A stretch of DNA of 62,964 bases, the filler included, from Nemertoderma westbladi (Eukaryota; Animalia; Xenacoelomorpha), in the NCBI GenBank assembly GCA_032718475.1. It is 3 parts of 3 records of this genome, joined end to end, with 100 filler letters (N's around TTAATTAATTAA, not from the genome) between each part and the next. Parts side by side here need not be neighbours in the genome. Positions count along the whole stretch, not along the records: positions 1 to 28,218 come from JAUCBJ010000659.1; positions 28,319 to 45,916 come from JAUCBJ010006523.1; 1 more part is not named here. One strand, given 5' to 3'. How positions within the stretch are numbered: position 1 is the first letter of the stretch; every line of letters starts with the position of its first letter. The notes under the pieces are model-generated. The model did not search any database. It worked only from the letters and a program-made list of their open reading frames with translations, and was not told where the DNA came from. Made by a program: the position numbers and the translations under genes. Shown here piece after piece: positions 22,601-35,000 of this stretch.

Positions 22601-25600
22601 AGATATGAGAAGGTGGATGGGTAGCTGGGTATTGGGAGGAAGGGAATGTGGGAAGATATGAGAAGGTGGATGGGAATATGGGAAGGTGGATGGGAGGGAA
22701 TGTGGGAAGATATGGGAAGGTGGATGGGAGGGTGGATGGGAGGGAATGTGGGAAGATATGAGAAGGTGGATGGGTAGCTGGGTATTGGGAGGAAGGGAAT
22801 GTGGGAAGATATGAGAAGGTGGATGGGAATATGGGAAGGTGGATGGGAGGGAATGTGGGAAGATATGGGAAGGTGGATGGGAGGGTGGATGGGAGGGAAT
22901 GTGGGAAGATATGAGAAGGTGGATGGGTAGCTGGGTATTGGGTGGAATGGAATGTGGGAAGATATGAGAAGGTGGATGGGTAGCTGGGTATTGGGAGGAA
23001 GGGAATGTGGGAAGATATGAGAAGGTGGATGGGAATATGGGAAGGTGGATGGGAGGGAATGTGGGAAGATATGGGAAGGTGGATGGGAGGGTGGATGGGA
23101 GGGAATGTGGGAAGATATGAGAAGGTGGATGGGTAGCTGGGTATTGGGTGGAAGGGAATGTGGGAAGATATGAGAAGGTGGATGGGTAGCTGGGTATTGG
23201 GAGGAAGGGAATGTGGGAAGATATGAGAAGGTGGATGGGAATATGGGAAGGTGGATGGGAGGGAATGTGGGAAGATATGGGAAGGTGGATGGGAGGGTGG
23301 ATGGGAGGGAATGTGGGAAGATATGAGAAGGTGGATGGGTAGCTGGGTATTGGGAGGAAGGGAATGTGGGAAGATATGAGAAGGTGGATGGGAATATGGG
23401 AAGGTGGATGGGAGGGAATGTGGGAAGATATGGGAAGGTGGATGGGAGGGTGGATGGGAGGGAATGTGGGAAGATATGAGAAGGTGGATGGGTAGCTGGG
23501 TATTGGGTGGAATGGAATGTGGGAAGATATGAGAAGGTGGATGGGTAGCTGGGTATTGGGAGGAAGGGAATGTGGGAAGATATGAGAAGGTGGATGGGAA
23601 TATGGGAAGGTGGATGGGAGGGAATGTGGGAAGATATGGGAAGGTGGATGGGAGGGTGGATGGGAGGGAATGTGGGAAGATATGAGAAGGTGGATGGGTA
23701 GCTGGGTATTGGGTGGAAGGGAATGTGGGAAGATATGAGAAGGTGGATGGGAGGGTGGATGGGAGGGAATGTGGGAAGATATGGGTAGCTGGGTATTGGG
23801 TGGAATGGAATGTGGGAAGATATGAGAAGGTGGATGGGAGGGTGGATGGGAGGGAATGTGGGAAGATATGAGAAGGTGGATGGGTAGCTGGGTATTGGGT
23901 GGAAGGGAATGTGGGAAGATATGAGAAGGTGGATGGGAGGGTGGATGGGAGGGAATGTGGGAAGATATGGGTAGCTGGGTATTGGGTGGAATGGAATGTG
24001 GGAAGATATGAGAAGGTGGATGGGTAGCTGGGTATTGGGTGGAAGGGAATGTGGGAAGATATGGGTAGCTGGGTATTGGGTGGAATGGAATGTGGGAAGA
24101 TATGAGAAGGTGGATGGGTAGCTGGGTATTGGGAGGAAGGGAATGTGGGAAGATATGAGAAGGTGGATGGGAGGGTGGATGGGAGGGAATGTGGGAAGAT
24201 ATGGGTAGCTGGGTATTGGGTGGAATGGAATGTGGGAAGATATGAGAAGGTGGATGGGTAGCTGGGTATTGGGTGGAAGGGAATGTGGGAAGATATGAGA
24301 AGGTGGATGGGTAGCTGGGTATTGGGTGGAAGGGAATGTGGGAAGATATGAGAAGGTGGATGGGTAGCTGGGTATTGGGAGGAATGGAATGTGGGAAGAT
24401 ATGAGAAGGTGGATGGGTAGCTGGGTATTGGGTGGAAGGGAATGTGGGAAGATATGAGAAGGTGGATGGGTAGCTGGGTATTGGGTGGAAGGGAATGTGG
24501 GAAGATATGAGAAGGTGGATGGGTAGCTGGGTATTGGGAGGAATGGAATGTGGGAAGATATGAGAAGGTGGATGGGTAGCTGGGTATTGGGTGGAAGGGA
24601 ATGTGGGAAGATATGAGAAGGTGGATGGGTAGCTGGGTATTGGGTGGAAGGGAATGTGGGAAGATATGAGAAGGTGGATGGGTAGCTGGGTATTGGGTGG
24701 AAGGGAATGTGGGAAGATATGAGAAGGTGGATGGGTAGCTGGGTATTGGGTGGAAGGGAATGTGGGAAGATATGAGAAGGTGGATGGGTAGCTGGGTATT
24801 GGGTGGAAGGGAATGTGGGAAGATATGAGAAGGTGGATGGGTAGCTGGGTATTGGGTGGAAGGGAATGTGGGAAGATATGAGAAGGTGGATGGGTAGCTG
24901 GGTATTGGGTGGAAGGGAATGTGGGAAGATATGAGAAGGTGGATGGGTAGCTGGGTATTGGGTGGAAGGGAATGTGGGAAGATATGAGAAGGTGGATGGG
25001 TAGCTGGGTATTGGGTGGAAGGGAATGTGGGAAGATATGAGAAGGTGGATGGGTAGCTGGGTATTGGGTGGAAGGGAATGTGGGAAGATATGAGAAGGTG
25101 GATGGGTAGCTGGGTATTGGGTGGAAGGGAATGTGGGAAGATATGAGAAGGTGGATGGGTAGCTGGGTATTGGGTGGAAGGGAATGTGGGAAGATATGAG
25201 AAGGTGGATGGGTAGCTGGGTATTGGGTGGAAGGGAATGTGGGAAGATATGAGAAGGTGGATGGGTAGCTGGGTATTGGGTGGAATGGAATGTGGGAAGA
25301 TATGAGAAGGTGGATGGGTAGCTGGGTATTGGGAGGAAGGGAATGTGGGAAGATATGAGAAGGTGGATGGGTAGCTGGGTATTGGGTGGAAGGGAATGTG
25401 GGAAGATATGAGAAGGTGGATGGGTAGCTGGGTATTGGGTGGAAGGGAATGTGGGAAGATATGAGAAGGTGGATGGGTAGCTGGGTATTGGGTGGAAGGG
25501 AATGTGGGAAGATATGAGAAGGTGGATGGGTAGCTGGGTATTGGGTGGAAGGGAATGTGGGAAGATATGAGAAGGTGGATGGGAATATGGGAAGGTGGAT

Positions 25601-28218
25601 GGGAGGGAATGTGGGAAGATATGAGAAGGTGGATGGGAATATGGGAAGGTGGATGGGAATATGGGAAGGTGGATGGGTAGCTGGGTATTGGGTGGAATGG
25701 AATGTGGGAAGATATGAGAAGGTGGATGGGTAGCTGGGTATTGGGAGGAAGGGAATGTGGGAAGATATGAGAAGGTGGATGGGTAGCTGGGTATTGGGAG
25801 GAAGGGAATGTGGGAAGATATGAGAAGGTGGATGGGTAGCTGGGTATTGGGTGGAAGGGAATGTGGGAAGATATGAGAAGGTGGATGGGTAGCTGGGTAT
25901 TGGGTGGAAGGGAATGTGGGAAGATATGAGAAGGTGGATGGGAATATGGGAAGGTGGATGGGAGGGAATGTGGGAAGATATGAGAAGGTGGATGGGAATA
26001 TGGGAAGGTGGATGGGAATATGGGAAGGTGGATGGGTAGCTGGGTATTGGGTGGAATGGAATGTGGGAAGATATGAGAAGGTGGATGGGTAGCTGGGTAT
26101 TGGGAGGAAGGGAATGTGGGAAGATATGAGAAGGTGGATGGGTAGCTGGGTATTGGGAGGAAGGGAATGTGGGAAGATATGAGAAGGTGGATAGGTAGCT
26201 GGGTATTGGGTGGAAGGGAATGTGGGAAGATATGAGAAGGTGGATGGGTAGCTGGGTATTGGGTGGAAGGGAATGTGGGAAGATATGAGAAGGTGGATGG
26301 GAATATGGGAAGGTGGATGGGAGGGAATGTGGGAAGATATGAGAAGGTGGATGGGAATATGGGAAGGTGGATGGGAATATGGGAAGGTGGATGGGTAGCT
26401 GGGTATTGGGTGGAATGGAATGTGGGAAGATATGAGAAGGTGGATGGGTAGCTGGGTATTGGGAGGAAGGGAATGTGGGAAGATATGAGAAGGTGGATGG
26501 GTAGCTGGGTATTGGGTGGAAGGGAATGTGGGAAGATATGAGAAGGTGGATGGGTAGCTGGGTATTGGGTGGAAGGGAATGTGGGAAGATATGAGAAGGT
26601 GGATGGGTAGCTGGGTATTGGGTGGAAGGGAATGTGGGAAGATATGAGAAGGTGGATGGGAATATGGGAAGGTGGATGGGAGGGAATGTGGGAAGATATG
26701 AGAAGGTGGATGGGAATATGGGAAGGTGGATGGGAATATGGGAAGGTGGATGGGAGGGAATGTGGGAAGATATGGGAAGGTGGATGGGAATATGGAGGTG
26801 GATGGGAGGGAATGTGGGAAGATATGGAGAAGGTGGATGGGAAGAGGTGGATGGGAGGGAATGTGGGAAGATATGGAGAAGGTGGATGGGAATATGGGAA
26901 GGTGGATGGGAATATGGGAAGGTGGATGGGAGGGAATGTGGGAAGATATGGGAAGGTGGATGGGAATATGGGAAGGTGGATGGGAGGGAATGTGGGAAGA
27001 TATGAGAAGGTGGATGGGAATATGGGAAGGTGGATGGGAATATGGGAAGGTGGATGGGAGGGAATGTGGGAAGATATGGGAAGGTGGATGGGAAGGTGGA
27101 TGGGAGGGAATGTGGGAAGATATGAGAAGGTGGATGGGTAAGGTGGATGGGAGGGAATGTGGGAAGATATGGGAAGGTGGATGGGAATATGGGAAGTGGA
27201 TGGGAGGGAATGTGGGAAGATATGGGAAGGTGGATGGGAAGATATGGGAAGGTGGATGGGAATATGGGAAGGTGGATGGGAGGGAATGTGGGAAGATATG
27301 GGAAGGTGGATGGGAATATGGGAAGGTGGATGGGAGGGAATGTGGGAAGATATGGGAAGGTGGATGGGAATTGGGAAGGTGGATGGGAGGGAATGTGGGA
27401 AGAGAGGTGGATGGGAATATGGAAGGTGGATGGGAATATGGGAAGGTGGATGGGAGGGAATGTGGGAAGATATGGGAAGGTGGATGGGAATATGGGAAGG
27501 TATGGAAATGGTTGAGGGAGTGAATGTGGGAAGATATGGAAGGTGGATGGGAATATGGGAAGGTGGATGGGAGGGAATGTGGGAAGATATGGGAAGGTGG
27601 ATGGGAATATGGGAAGGTGGATGGGAGGGAATGTGGGAAGATATGGGAAGGTGGATGGGAATATGGGAAGATATGGAAAGTGGTTGGGATGGGAGTGGGG
27701 AATGTGGGAAGATATGGGAAGGTGGATGGGAATATGGGAAGGTGGATGGGAGGGAATGTGGGAAGATATGGGAAGGTGGATGGGAATATGGGAAGGTGGA
27801 TGGGAGGGAATGTGGGAAGATATGGGAAGGTGGATGGGAATATGGGAAGATATGGAAAGGTTGGATGGGAGGTGAATGTGGGAAGATATGGGAAGGTGGA
27901 TGGGAATATGGGAAGGTGGATGGGAGGGAATGTGGGAAGATATGGGAAGGTGGATGGGAATATGGGAAGGTGGATGGGAGGGAATGTGGGAAGATATGGG
28001 AAGGTGGATGGGAATATGGGAAGATATGGAAAGGTTGATGGGAGTGGAATGTGGGAAGATATGGGAAGGTGGATGGGAATATGGGAAGGTGGATGGGAGG
28101 GAATGTGGGAAGATATGGGAAGGTGGATGGGAATATGGGAAGGTGGATGGGAGGGAATGTGGGAAGATATGGGAAGGTGGATGGGAATATGGGAAGATAT
28201 GGAATGGGAGGGAATGTG
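19610..28218. repeat. 8.6-kb G-rich minisatellite (53-bp unit shifting to a 54-bp unit; 359-bp higher-order repeat)
   Basis: Unit GGGTAGCTGGGTATTGGG(T/A)GGAA(T/G)GGAATGTGGGAAGATATGAGAAGGTGGAT. ORF-track starts recur every 359 bp (25545, 25904, 26263, 26622). Array runs into the gap. Confidence 0.98.
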
Positions 28219-28318
28219 NNNNNNNNNNNNNNNNNNNNNNNNNNNNNNNNNNNNNNNNNNNNTTAATTAATTAANNNNNNNNNNNNNNNNNNNNNNNNNN
28301 NNNNNNNNNNNNNNNNNN
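28219..28318. other. Assembly gap with TTAATTAATTAA linker
   Basis: N44-TTAATTAATTAA-N44. Confidence 0.97.
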
Positions 28319-28329
28319 GTTAATTAACA

Positions 28330-28580
28330 GTTGTCGAAATGAAACTATGAGTTGCCGCAATGAAACTATGAGTTGCCGAAATGAAAACTATGAGTTGCCG
28401 AAATGAAACTATGAGTTGCCGAAATGAAACTATGAGTTGCCGAAATGAAACTATGAGTTGCCGAAATGCAACTCTGAGTTGCCGAAATGAAACTATGAGT
28501 TGCCGAAATGAAACTATGAGTTTGCCGAAATGGCATCACTCAGTTGCCGAAACACAACCTTGTTACCATGTTGCCGAAAC
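28330..28580. repeat. 21-bp tandem repeat (GAAATGAAACTATGAGTTGCC), probable subterminal array of a TIR element
   Basis: About 10 directly visible copies. Confidence 0.85.
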
Positions 28581-29404
28581 GCGACAACACCTTTTAGAGC
28601 CCCCTAGTGGCGGGCCCTTTGAAATGATTACAACAAGTGTCTGGTGAGTCACTAAATAAGTTTTGGACTAGTTTCATTATTAGATGACAATATTAGTATT
28701 GTGTTTTCTGTGAATTTAGTTACATTAATAAATTATAACCAAACGTTAAGGCATCGTCACACCGCACCCTCTATGGCCCTTACCCCAGATTCCTCCCCCC
28801 TCCATCATAGTAATATTAGTATGTCTCCCGAAATAAACCCGAAAGTTAAGAAAATATTTTAGAAGTATTTGATATTGTAATCAATCAACGCGGCTACATA
28901 AGCACAATTAGGTAAATAACTGCCATAGGCCTAATTAATTACAGGTCTACACACTTTATCATTTAATAAATAAATTAATTATTGCGAATTGCACATTCTG
29001 GAGATGCTTCGAATAGCTAATTACGTAATTGTATTTAATTAAGAATGAGACACCGGACAACCAGTATAATATACTAAATTTGCACTAACTAATATTATTT
29101 TTGAACAAAAAATAATACATTTATTTATACCGATGAAATGCTTTACCAAAATAAATAAAACAATTCCAAAATAAAAACTTTTTGCACCAAATAATTTACT
29201 TTGTGAAAAATTACTGCCGACATGTAAACCAAAATGAACCAATCTGTGCAAAATCAATAAAACAATATTAATCACACACTTCTACTACACCAAATAAAAT
29301 GTGCCATAAGCTGGGAATCATTGGCAAAGGAATATAATTTACATTGACCCATTCATCAACGTAACTGATATAATAAAATTATATAATAATTCCTCTGCAA
29401 GGGA

Positions 29405-30720
29405 ATTTAAGAGGGGGGGGGCTTCAAAAAAATTTTCGATTTTTTTTTTATTTCATCTAGAGTAGAATTTAATGAGGATTTCAAATCTGAAAACGGCTTA
29501 GCGAGATCTCTTTTATTTCTCGAGTAATGGCTGGTTTTTCGTCTGTATAGTCTGTCTGTCATCGAAATATTAAAAAGAGCAAAAAATAAGCAATCTGAAA
29601 TGTTTGCTGATGGAATTTACCTTAATGTCGATGTCTGATTTCATGTTTGGAATTATCTAATCACTATGTCTGTAAGTCAGTCTGTCTCTCAGTTTGTCTG
29701 TCTGTCTGTTTGTATGTCTGTCCGTCTGTCAACGTGTCCGTGAAATTTTAATTAATATATATGTAATAGACATTTGAGAGTTTTGTATTACATATTGAAC
29801 AGTTGTCTACTAGTAATAACAAATGTGAACCATCATATAGCAATAGCGGGTAATAATAATTGTGGGGAACAACCATAAACTTATTTTGTTTTAAATTCCA
29901 CATGCTCTGAGAATAATTCACGTTATCCGCATTTTTGGACGAATGATTGGATAATTACTTTATTGTCCGCAAATGCAGACATAAAGTCTTTATTGTCCAC
30001 ACTTATGTGGGCAATAAAGGGGATATTGTAAAGAATAACTTTTTTTATATGGCCAGGCCATACCATAACTTATTAGTTATAGTTTAATATAAGAATTATA
30101 TCGTCGCCAGCCAATGTCTGGAAGCCAAATAGTCTCCAAACGTCCCCCCTTAGAAGCCGGCGGCGGAATTGATAATTTAACTAAAAAACACTACTACTCC
30201 CTCAATCATGCTCCAAATTTCTTGAAATCGACTTATTTGGCTTCAATCGACGATCACGATGGCCACGATCGACTCTACAAAATTTATCTGTATGTCTGTC
30301 TGTCGGTCTATCTGACTATCCGACAATCTGTCCGCCAAATATAAGAAAATTATTATCATCTAGCTATTAAAATCATCTAGCTAAAAGTATAGCTATAGGG
30401 GTTTTCCTGGTCGCAGAATTAATTTTGGTGTCAGTTTTAACGTTTGATCATTTCCAAATTGTTTGTATTCAGGCAGAAACGAAAAGGTCAAATGTGAATA
30501 AATTAGATCAGAAATGAAGTCACCGACCGCGGAAACCCATATAGGGAATTTTTTTTAGACAGATAATATGTTTTATATTGACGAACAGACATAATGACGG
30601 ACATACCGACAGACAACCATATCTCGAGAAGTATGAAAGATCTTGCTAAATAACTTTTTCAAATTTGGAATCTTCAAAAAATATGCTCTAGATTAAATAG
30701 TAAAAAATTTCTTGAAAGGT
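29405..30720. mobile_element. Old degenerate long-TIR DNA element
   Basis: 29420-29560 is a diverged inverted copy of 30590-30720 (TCTAGAG, GAGATCT, CTCGAG anchors). Begins TTAA-GAGGG. Confidence 0.45.
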
Positions 30721-32052
30721 TGTTTTTTTACACATTTTACACATACACATTTTTTTACATACGTATTAAATTTTTTATGGATTTGTTATCGATTGTTGAT
30801 CCGCTTTGACGTATCATAACCGTTTAGGCCCTACGAACGTACCGCTACTAATTTGAATTCAAATTATGTCAATATTTTAATGCAAACATAGTTATATCAA
30901 AGAAGACGTGTGTTAATACACGAAATGGCCATATGATAAAATAATTTTGTATATTTAGAATCGTCGCTTAGACCCTTATAACACCATCTTATCTCATCTA
31001 AATTTAGTGATAGATAAATATAGACAGATATAGTGATAATTTAGAGACCTGAACACTAAATTTAGTGCGCGCAGTACTAAATAGTCAGCGAAAGTATAAA
31101 TTTCTCAAACTTTCTACCAATTTTATTGATCAAAGGTGCAATTTTCAGATTAAACATATATTTGGTGCAAAAAGTATATAATCTGGGAGAGAAATAAGTT
31201 ATGGTGCTAGTTAAATAAAGTTCCCATGGTTACAACTGGTTCAAGTATGAACGGCTACAAATAGATCAAGTTCCCATGGTTACAACTTGTTCCATTCCAA
31301 TTTTAAATAAAATCAGTGGCAGTAAAGGTCAGTAAAGGTCACAGTTTCTGATCCAACTTCCTTTATTTTATCTACAGGATTATTTTATGTTACAATTTAC
31401 TTCGATTAGTACAATGTAAAGTGCCACTTTACACAAAAGTATAGCACAATCTATTATTAATCCTTGACATTGTGCGGATTAGTTAATTAATTTAATTTAT
31501 ATTATGAATATAATTCGAAGTAATTTGAATTAAAGTACTAAGTTAAAGTTCGAAGTAATTGGAGTTTGATTGAAACCAGGATTAGAAACTGTATGAAATA
31601 TAAAAAAAGTAAAAGCATTTTATGGACCCAGAAAGCATCGCATGACAGTAACGAAATAATAAAAATATAATTATCTTGTGCTATTAATATAGGGGAAAAC
31701 ATTAAATCCTAGATTTTCTGAGAGAAAAGCGAAATTACAAACCGTGAAATCAACTTATTTTTACGGATCAAAATTAACTATCAGAATACTCCCCCCCCCC
31801 CCCCCCCCCCCCCCCCCACGTCCGAAACTGATGGTATTCGCCACTTAATATCATCATTAACAGAACAAAGTCTCCGCAAATAAATATGAGCCGTCATATT
31901 ATTTCGCTTATACGAAATCGGGCGCATGATATTTACAATAAAATTAATTGAATTGGCGATAAAACACAAGGGGAAGGAAGATGCATCAAATAAGGCAAAA
32001 AAACTAAATATAAAAAACCCTGGCAGCACTAAAATATAACAGAGATAAATAT

Positions 32053-35000
32053 TCAAGTAGAAATAACAGAAAGTAAAGAAGAGTAGGGCAGAGATATGTC
32101 GTTACTAGCCGCAGCCGATTCTAGAACTAAACGGAAACCATGACGTTGCTCGGACGTCCGCAATTCAAACCGATAGAAATGCGAGGCGACGAGTAGGTAA
32201 ACCCTGCGGTCGGCCTCGGCGAATATACCAACTCGCTGGTTCGCCCACACCGCAAGAGGAAGTAGATCGGACGCGAATCCAAGGAGAACGGTCTGACACC
32301 AGACGGACATGTACGCGGGTTGACGCTGCGTCACATTGTGCAGCGACAAGGAGACCCAATCGACCACGGCATCGTGCGGAGCCGTTCGGAAGACGGTGGC
32401 GACGACGCGAGAGAAAATCGATGGATGAACCTGGAAGGAGGAGACGAACTCACTGATGACCCGGTTGAGGACCTCCTGAATCGGGAAGAAATCCATGAGG
32501 ATTTGGGGTAACACGGAGCAGATACACTTGGCCTCCCGCGGGGCCCCTTTACGCATCCGATCCAACATCGCAGTGACCCGCTCCATAGCGGAAACAGTCG
32601 CGTCCGGGTTCACCTCGCCCGCGTCGTCGTCGCTAACGCGGTCCAGATACATCGAGGTCGCTAAGAGACGCAGAGTCAACATGGACCTCCAAGGTGCGGC
32701 GACCGCGAAGCGATCGGCAGCGAGTCGACCGATCGCGTCCGCGTGGATCCGCGGTAGAACCCCGTGGAGGAGCAACTCTTCAAGTCCCTCGACGATGGCG
32801 ACGTAAAGTCCCCCGGGGAGACCGCTCTCGCTGTCTAACGCCAACGCCAGACACGACGAGACCGTGGTCTGCACGAACTCGCCGTCCTGCAACTCCTCCG
32901 AGAAGTACTGGACGAAGTGGACGGCTGTGCGGACCTGCAGAACGATGTGCTGCGTCGGACCGACACAGCCCGCAGCTACCATGGCGAGGAGGTTGCGAGT
33001 GAGATAGTCCATCAATAGGGGCTGGATCTGGGAGACAACATCGGGGCAGTGCGACGAGTCCAGCAAGTAGGTGCACCCTCGCAGACTGTTGGTCTGCGTG
33101 GAGATGTGCGAACTCTTTAAACCCGCCTCGACAGTCTTTACAACGTGTTCGGGGTCCACTCTGTCCTGGCCCAGGACAGCAGCGGTTTTGCACATGGCTA
33201 GCACCATATACTGCCCAGAAATTTCGTCCTCCATCGAATGGGAGCGCTGTATGTCGGTAAGTAGGTCGTAGAACCATTCGAATTGCGCTCTTTCTGTGAA
33301 CAGTTCCGAGAGGAACAGAACGGAACGGCAGGTCTCATTCACCAAGGCTAGAGGGCTGCGATTACCTTGACCCAACCACTGGCCGTACAGTTGCAGTAGG
33401 AAGACAACGCATGATCGTAGATCCAAATCCGAGTGAGTGAGTCTAGCCGGGAGCACATTGGCTATACCATCTGCTGGACTGCTTGCGGGATGACGCGAAA
33501 CGCCGCCTCCAATGAGTACAGAGTCTAAGAGATCGTCGTTGAAACTCTCAACCGAAGTGTTCGATCGCATGTCTGTATAAACAATCTTCTGGGTCTCGTC
33601 GCTAGGCAACATATCCCGAGATAGACAGTAGTAATGTTTCAATTTGAATAGTTCATAGAAAGATTTACTGGTAGACATTTGGTGCATATTGTAACCGTCT
33701 ACTTCAGCAACATTTAGATACATGTTGATGTTTTCCCGTAGATATTGCAGCGCAGTGCCTCTGGATGTGGCGAGTAATGGTGGGGTCAGTAAGTGGTTGG
33801 ATTCCACAATGGTAGCGCCCAACAGCAGGTTGGTGATGGCTCGCACCGCGATCACGTGACACTGAGAGAGTTCGATATCGCCCTGTTGGCTATCATCCTC
33901 CGCAGTTTGCTGGCTCAGCACCCCCAAAAATGCTGCCCAAGTTTCCTCAAACTGCTGCCTATTGGTCCAACCTATCGCCATGGAAACGTCAACAAACTCT
34001 TTAAGAATGTCTTTCTCCATTAGATAGTCAGGGGGCAATGGAAGAATTTCCGTACCGAATTCACCTTGTGGTGTCACGTGCCAACCCAGCTTCCACACAC
34101 AGGGAGGCACCTTTGTGTAGAAGTTGACCAATGGGGTGCGGCACACTCCAGTTATCACTTCCCATACAGCACCAATACATGCGCTAATAGGTGTATCATT
34201 GTGTTTCTGCATTGTTGACATTATTGTGGTTAACATCTCACTGGCGATGTAGCACGTGTCCCTCTCCATAGTTCTATTAGGAGGCCAGTATTTCTCCTCA
34301 AGATGTGCAATTGCATCGATTTTCAAGTTCATATGACTCGCCCAGATTGTTTTTATGCAATGAATTCCACTGCACAACCAGGAAACAGCACTAGCATCAA
34401 CAAATATTGCAGCAAAATTGTGACTCTTCAGCAATTTTCCTAATAAAAATACAGGGTGAAATATCGGTACGGTGTGATCCTGTGTTGCAGCTGTCATTTC
34501 AACAGCTAATATAGAGAATTGGCAGATGTGCATGCATTGTTGTTTGGTTGGTTTATGGTCGGCGTCTAACTGCGGCATCATGACAATGTAAAGGCAAAGA
34601 CATCGACATAGACTGAAAACAAGTTCCGAGAAATCTTCTTCTGTAAAAAGGCTGTACATGTACTCTTGGTGCTGAATCTCGTCTGCAGTGTGCTCTTTAA
34701 CATTCTCCCGGAGCAGCACAAAATGTGACTGGGGTAATTTCGCGGTTGTGCTAGACACCTGATGCAATAGAGCGGCTATAGCGGCGTGAAGGAGATCAGA
34801 ATGTGCATTACTTTTATTTTCTTGAGCAACAAAACACAGACACGTTTCCAACAAGGTGATGTCAAAATCAGATGCGTAAAAGTGCCTCACAAGATGCTGC
34901 AATGGTAAAAATGATAAAATCTCTGCCACTGCTAATGGAGATATAATTGGGTCAACATCCTTCCGACACAGATGTCCTGAGAATGCCGAGAGAAAGTTTT

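Noticed and set aside
25545-28274. Many W/G/M-rich ORFs
   Set aside because: Translations of the stop-poor G-rich satellite in all three frames.
28263-28274. TTAATTAATTAA motif within Ns
   Set aside because: Artificial all-frame-stop scaffold linker, repeated identically at 45961.
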